Source of the DNA: Octopus bimaculoides
Lineage: Eukaryota
DNA length: 56,721 bases
Assembly (NCBI RefSeq): GCF_001194135.2
Contig: NC_068992.1
Coordinates: forward strand, 62,495,171 to 62,551,891
Reading direction: 5' to 3'
Of this stretch, positions 54,593 through 56,721 are shown in pieces. The translations under genes were made by a program, and so were the position numbers. Position 1 is the stretch's first letter, and each line of letters starts with the position of its first letter. The notes under the pieces were generated by a model. The model was not told the origin of the DNA and searched no databases. It saw only the letters and a list, made by a program, of their open reading frames with translations.

Positions 54593-54702
54593 GAATGGTG
54601 GGATATATGGCTGAAATGGAACCCAAGCGAGTACGCAGGTCTGAAAACCATCGAAGTTCCGGCTGCAGAGATATGGACGCCAGATTTGGTCTTGTTCAAC
54701 AA
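54593..54702 (+). CDS. nAChR loop-A exon, variant B (110 bp): EWWDIWLKWNPSEYAGLKTIEVPAAEIWTPDLVLFN(N)
   Basis: ttcttaacttatggtcttggtaaAG|GAATGG...TTCAACAA|GTAAGT. Exactly 110 nt, same phases as variant A, no stop codon, 20/37 residues identical to variant A, with structural W, D, WNP, VP, W.PD, VL and NN kept. Confidence 0.9.
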
Positions 54703-54969
54703 GTAAGTTGGACGTGTGTTGCCTCTTTTTGCTGGTTATGGTCTCTCTCTCTCTATCTTTCTTCTTAATCTCTTTCTCTTTTATATCTTTGTTTAAACTC
54801 TCTTTTTTTTAACATCACTTAATACGGTACTAATTTTAATCCATCATCTAATTAGATAAAATGGCATCTAAACATTTAACTCTCTCTCTCTTTGTCCTTC
54901 CATGATTTCTATATTTTATCACATTTTCTGGGTTTTGGGGAGGGGTGGGGGGCTTCCTTCACATTGGCC

Positions 54970-55011
<42 letters not shown>

Positions 55012-55572
55012 AATAAAATTATACATATATATATTTATATATAAGTTTATATATGTATTCATAAATGAACATATGTATATACATATACTATCTATATGTA
55101 TATACGCATACACATATGTATGTAGATATATTTGAATATATGTATATACATATGTCCCTTTTCATGTGTGGGTGGGTGTGTATGTGCGTATATGTAAGTG
55201 TGTGGGACTGTCATGTCCATGTGGTTATGAAGATCGAGGCCTATTTTTCGAGTTACTTCTCTCAGAGCATTGCGTAGACCAGTATTGGTCGGACCAATGC
55301 TTTGCGAACGAATACCGGCAGCTGGATTACCAACGGTCATTATTATTTCTTAAGCAAGTAGAACTAATCGTCCCTTCGGATTAATATCTCTGCATATTTC
55401 TTGGATGGCTGTAGCGGATGTTATATTGCAGATGTACATTCGGGTCAAGCTTCCATATTCTAAAGAATTATAATTTTGTCACATTCTCTGGACAGATTTG
55501 CTGGTCTCAACGACAAATTTCACTTGTAGTGGCCCTAACCAAACTCCTACGGCAGTTATATATATATATAAC

Positions 55573-55817
55573 TCTTCTTCCTCCTCCTTCATCATCATCA
55601 TCGTCTTCTTCTTTTTCTTCTTCTTCTTCTTCTTCTTCTTCTTCTTCTTCTTCTTGTTCTTGTTCTTGTTCTTGTTCTTGTTCTTGTTCTTGTTCTTGTT
55701 CTTGTTCTTCTTGTTCTTCTTGTTCTTGTTCTTGTTCTTCTTCTTCTTCTTCTTCTTCTTCTTCTTGTTCTTCTTCTTCTTCTTCTTCTTCTTCTTCTTC
55801 TTCTTCTTCTTCTTCTT
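55573..55817. repeat. (TTC)n / (TTCTTG)n compound microsatellite
   Basis: Directly visible. It is the source of the spurious poly-E, poly-K and poly-S ORFs. Confidence 0.97.
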
Positions 55818-56721
55818 TCTCTTTGTCATCCCCATCGTCGCTCTTGTCCTCCTCCCCTTCTTCACCCTCGTCCTTATTCATTGTCATGAGCATCCTCCTC
55901 CTCCTCATCATCATCTTTTACTTCCTCCTTTGATCGTCGTCCTCCTCCTCGCCCACGTCCTTCCCTTCGACTTCTCCTCCCTCTTTTTATCTTCTACTTT
56001 CTATTCCTCTTAAATTATACCCCTCCTTCTCTTCCTTACCCTCCTTCTTCTCATCCTCCTTTTCCTCTTCTCTTTCAGTTTCATGATCACAAAGAATAAT
56101 TTCAACATCATACTCGTCATCATTTCTTCTTTCCTTCTTCATTTGCGCTCTGTTTACTTTCAGTATTTTCCTAATCTAATGACCATTCTCTTCTTGCCCG
56201 CTCCTTATTCTTTTCACCTAAACTGAGATTATCACAAAATATTTTCAGTCACATTTAAGTATATATGCATGTGTGTGCGTGCGTGTGGATGTGCTTATAT
56301 AAATATATATATATGTAGATGTATATATATTTGATATATATGCCTTGGATTGGTAAAGTGCTACTATAGTAATTTAACTAAGGGCAACCAATCATTGTTT
56401 AATTAAAAGTAATTAAAAGGGGACCACTTTGCTAGTCAAGAACCTGCATGAAGTGCTGCTGAGGTGATCATCTGGATTTTACTTATGCTCTCGATTCTTG
56501 TGCGCATATATATATATATATATATATATATTGCGGAGATGTACTTGCATAGCAGGTGACCTGATCTGAGATCGTGTGCTAAAGCAAAAAACAATTGCAG
56601 CGTGGAAGGTGTTTATAAGCTATTTAAAAGACACGCAAAACTGTTAGATTCACTTCAACATTTAAATTTTACTTTTCAATGAAAATATTTTCGTCGCTTT
56701 GAAACCGTGACCGGGTCACTG

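Noticed and set aside
56525-56721. Non-microsatellite segment at the window end that looks like a dispersed repeat terminus
   Set aside because: It is truncated by the window edge and has no second copy or diagnostic motif here, so it cannot be classified.

Overview
AT-rich eukaryotic DNA packed with microsatellites, SINEs and about 8 kb of N gaps. The repeat content resembles what I recall of Octopus genomes, but that assignment is inference. None of the supplied ORFs is a credible host gene. They are microsatellite, N-gap or chance frames, and a few overlap TE relics or an exon out of frame. Reading splice signals directly reveals three small coding exons of one nicotinic acetylcholine receptor (nAChR, Cys-loop) subunit gene on the + strand. 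The first is the 45-bp loop-D exon (12757-12801, DEKNQIMTTNVWLRQ). It is followed by TWO paralogous 110-bp versions of the next, loop-A exon (43316-43425 and 54593-54702). The two versions have identical phase, about 54% amino-acid identity, and differ at the ligand-binding loop-A tyrosine (LYNN vs LFNN). This looks like a mutually exclusive exon pair that could switch agonist pharmacology, and it is the main candidate for something undescribed. The second notable element is a complete type I hammerhead ribozyme (9731-9782, sense to the gene) at the tip of a ~260-bp imperfect inverted repeat, one arm of which is antisense to the cleavage site. The rest is intron filled with two or three tRNA-type SINE families, an RTE LINE relic, probable R4-like and RTE-like fragments, a mariner end and a possible hAT MITE. 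The 5' exons and the exons from the Cys-loop onward were not found in the window.
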